The translations under genes were made by a program, and so were the position numbers. The notes beneath the pieces were generated by a model that was not told the DNA's origin, did no database searches, and saw only the letters and a program-made list of their open reading frames with translations. Positions 21,935 through 24,000 of a stretch of DNA of 24,000 bases are shown piece after piece (the stretch's first letter is position 1; each line of letters opens with the position of its first letter). The DNA comes from Congzhengia sp. (GTDB lineage Bacteria > Bacillota > Clostridia > UBA1381 > UBA9506), in the NCBI GenBank assembly GCA_045587965.1, contig JAZNDH010000001.1, forward strand, positions 7,165-31,164, read 5' to 3'.

Positions 21935-23128
21935 TTATTCTGTTGTATAGTTGTCAAAATATCCTTGAATAAATACTATAGGTGTTCCTTTATCACCTGA
22001 GCCTGATGTCAAGTCACAAAGTGAACCGATAAGGTCTGTTAATTTTCTTGGTGTTGTACCTTCTGATGCCATCTGACCTACTAAGTTATCGTCCTTTTCA
22101 ACGATTTTTTTCTTAATTGCTTCTTTTAGCTCATCGCCCGAAAGCTCTGCGAACTCGTTATCTGCTAAATATTTCAGCTTAAGCTCGTTTGGTGTACCCT
22201 CTAAGCCCTTTGTGTAAGCCGGAGAAACAACAGGGTCTGCAAGCTCCCAGATTTTTCCGATTGGGTCTTTGAAAGCTCCATCGCCGTAAATCATAACTTC
22301 AATTCTTTTACCTGTTGCATTAAAGAGCTTTTCAGAAATTGCATCAACTACAGGCTGACAATCTCTTGGGAAGAGCTTTACCTGGTCTTCGGTTGCTTTG
22401 TTTGAACCTAGCAAGCCGTAGTTTTCGTTATAGCCACTTCCGTTTACAGGTGCATTTAAAATATCATCAAGACCTAAAATAATTTCGCCGCCTGATGCCT
22501 TTAAAATTCTTTTTGTGCGCTGTCTTGTATGGATATCACAACATAAAACATTTTTTGTATAATTTAAAATAGCCTTAGGATTGTTAGCAAAGATAACTTC
22601 TACTTCTGCTCCGCATTCTTTAATTAAATTTTCATAATATTCAACATAGTCAACACCTGTAAAAGTATGCTTTTCATAGCCAAAAAGTTCACGATATTTT
22701 GAAAGTGTCAAAACATCTGTGTAAGGGTCAACGCCCTTAGTATCTAAAGCATCTAAGCTTATTAAGTGGTTTCCTACTTCATCAGATGGATATGAAAGCA
22801 TTAAAACAACCTTTTTAACACCCTTAGCTATGCCGCGCAGGCAAATAGCGAAGCGGTTACGGGAAAGGATAGGAAAAATTACACCTACTGTTTCGCCGCC
22901 GAATTTTTTGTTTACGTCTTCTGCTATATCGTCAACAGAGGCATAATTACCCTGTGCACGTGCAACAATTGCTTCTGTCATAGCAACGATGTCACGGTCG
23001 TGAAATTCTATATTATCGTCTTTTGCTGCTTCTAAAACCGAAGCTGTTACGATTTCTACTATATCGTCTCCATTTTTGATAATAGGTGCTCTTACACCCC
23101 TTGATACTGTACCTATCATTCTGCTCAT
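21935..23128 (-). CDS. CofE-like protein (F420-0:gamma-glutamyl ligase family), long ~400-aa form
   Basis: VRAPIIKNGDDIVEIV and DRDIVAMTEAIVARAQGNY resemble the N-terminal CofE/F420_ligase blocks. Assignment from memory. Confidence 0.5.
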   Translation of the reverse strand: MSRMIGTVSRGVRAPIIKNGDDIVEIVTASVLEAAKDDNIEFHDRDIVAMTEAIVARAQGNYASVDDIAEDVNKKFGGETVGVIFPILSRNRFAICLRGIAKGVKKVVLMLSYPSDEVGNHLISLDALDTKGVDPYTDVLTLSKYRELFGYEKHTFTGVDYVEYYENLIKECGAEVEVIFANNPKAILNYTKNVLCCDIHTRQRTKRILKASGGEIILGLDDILNAPVNGSGYNENYGLLGSNKATEDQVKLFPRDCQPVVDAISEKLFNATGKRIEVMIYGDGAFKDPIGKIWELADPVVSPAYTKGLEGTPNELKLKYLADNEFAELSGDELKEAIKKKIVEKDDNLVGQMASEGTTPRKLTDLIGSLCDLTSGSGDKGTPIVFIQGYFDNYTTE

Positions 23129-23167
23129 TCAGAACATCTCCTTTGGTATAAAATCATTTGACGATTT

Positions 23168-23196
23168 ATTTTATCATAAAATATATAATTTTTCAA
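23168..23196 (-). promoter_or_regulatory. Candidate promoter of the CofE-like gene
   Basis: Minus strand: TTGAAA (23196-23191), 17 nt, TGA-TAAAAT (23176-23168). Confidence 0.4.
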
Positions 23197-23226
23197 TATT
23201 TTTATGAAAAAATATTTTTACAGATT

Positions 23227-23958
23227 TCAGTTTTTTAATTCTTCTATTTTTTCTTTTATAAGCTTAAAAAAATCTGCATCTGTTGTCTTTATATTATAGT
23301 TCTTTATGATTGTTCTTATTTTTTCTTCGGTTTTTTCTATTTCTTCTTTAAAATTACGTGCAGATAATCTGTAAGCCCCGCTTCCGAAAACTATCATTTG
23401 TTCTAAGTTATCCGATGTTGCAACGGTTACCTTGTAGTTTTTACTAAGCTCTTTTGCTGTTTTTTCAATGTAGGCATCTGCTGTTTGGGCTTCTTTTGTG
23501 TAAACTGCCGTCAGATTTCCGACCTTTTCAACTTCGCCCATATTACCCTTTACCTTATATGCATCAAATACAACTATTATCTCCACATCACAAAAAGCAC
23601 GATAAGACTTAAGTCTTTCAAGCAAAGCACCCCTTGCCGACTCTAAGTTTTCTTGAGCTAAGGCTTTTAGCTCATCCCATGCAAAAATTATATTGTATCC
23701 GTCAACTAATAGGTACTCTTTGTCGTATCTTTTGTTAAATTTAAAAGTATTATGCCCTACTTCGCTTTTTGTGCACATTATTTTCTTTGGAATTTTAGTT
23801 TCTACCTTACCATAGGTTTTTTCAAAAATTCTCAAAAGCTCGCTGTCTGTCGCTGAAATTGACGATTGCCTTGCAGGTGACACATCTTTTGTTTCTTTTT
23901 TTGGCTTTATTTTAGACTCTATGTGCATATAGTTTTTCACTTTGTTCCACGGCACCAA
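23227..23958 (-). CDS. yacP: NYN-domain YacP/Rae1-like ribonuclease (5' end uncertain)
   Basis: YLLVDGYNIIFAWDELKALA and the following ~160 aa match the YacP/Rae1 pattern. The reading frame stays open upstream to position 24000. The true start may therefore be ATG 23928, the TTG at 23958, or outside the window. Confidence 0.65.
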   Translation of the reverse strand: MVPWNKVKNYMHIESKIKPKKETKDVSPARQSSISATDSELLRIFEKTYGKVETKIPKKIMCTKSEVGHNTFKFNKRYDKEYLLVDGYNIIFAWDELKALAQENLESARGALLERLKSYRAFCDVEIIVVFDAYKVKGNMGEVEKVGNLTAVYTKEAQTADAYIEKTAKELSKNYKVTVATSDNLEQMIVFGSGAYRLSARNFKEEIEKTEEKIRTIIKNYNIKTTDADFFKLIKEKIEELKN

Positions 23959-24000
23959 AAAACCTGCCCCGTGAGCACAAAATACCGAATCGGGTGTATT

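Noticed and set aside
1-24000. CRISPR arrays, rRNA, transposases/IS elements, toxin-antitoxin pairs, restriction-modification genes
   Set aside because: A scan for regularly spaced repeats, for rRNA-like GC-rich blocks, and of ORF translations for DDE, serine-recombinase or methyltransferase motifs found none. The only tandem repeat array is the 12-mer at 16-60.

Overview
AT-rich, Firmicutes/Clostridia-like chromosomal window in three parts. (1) 1-9155 is the right-hand arm of an integrated temperate siphovirus-type prophage. It has a minus-strand early lytic operon: Cro-like regulator, Xis-like HTH, several small proteins, a DUF1351-RecT-MBL-hydrolase recombination module, two HNH-type nucleases, and the 5' part of a replication-organizer gene carrying iteron-like repeats. 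A divergent promoter/operator switch sits at 5592-5747. A plus-strand lysogeny operon follows (XRE repressor, ImmA-type metalloprotease with an unusual membrane anchor, an orphan 311-aa protein, tyrosine integrase). It ends at a 64-nt 3' fragment of tRNA-Ser(GCU), i.e. an att junction. (2) 9.4-13.7 kb holds a GH51-like alpha-L-arabinofuranosidase, then an acyltransferase-3 / YbiR-like permease pair. (3) 13.99-21.86 kb is a compact six-gene minus-strand glycan operon resembling a bacillosamine-type pathway (PglF/PglE/PglC/PglA-like). The usual N-acetyltransferase is replaced by a GNAT-ATP-grasp fusion, and a second, sugar-transfer-associated ATP-grasp ligase is inserted. A CofE-like (F420 gamma-glutamyl ligase family) gene and a YacP/Rae1-like NYN gene follow. 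No rRNA, CRISPR array or transposase was seen. Best candidates for something new: the amidoligase-decorated glycan operon, the orphan gene in the prophage lysogeny operon, the membrane-tethered ImmA, a promoter-terminator-defined antisense sRNA in the prophage, and a GC-rich structured ~245-bp insert between two convergent genes. All family calls come from motif recognition by eye, not database searches.
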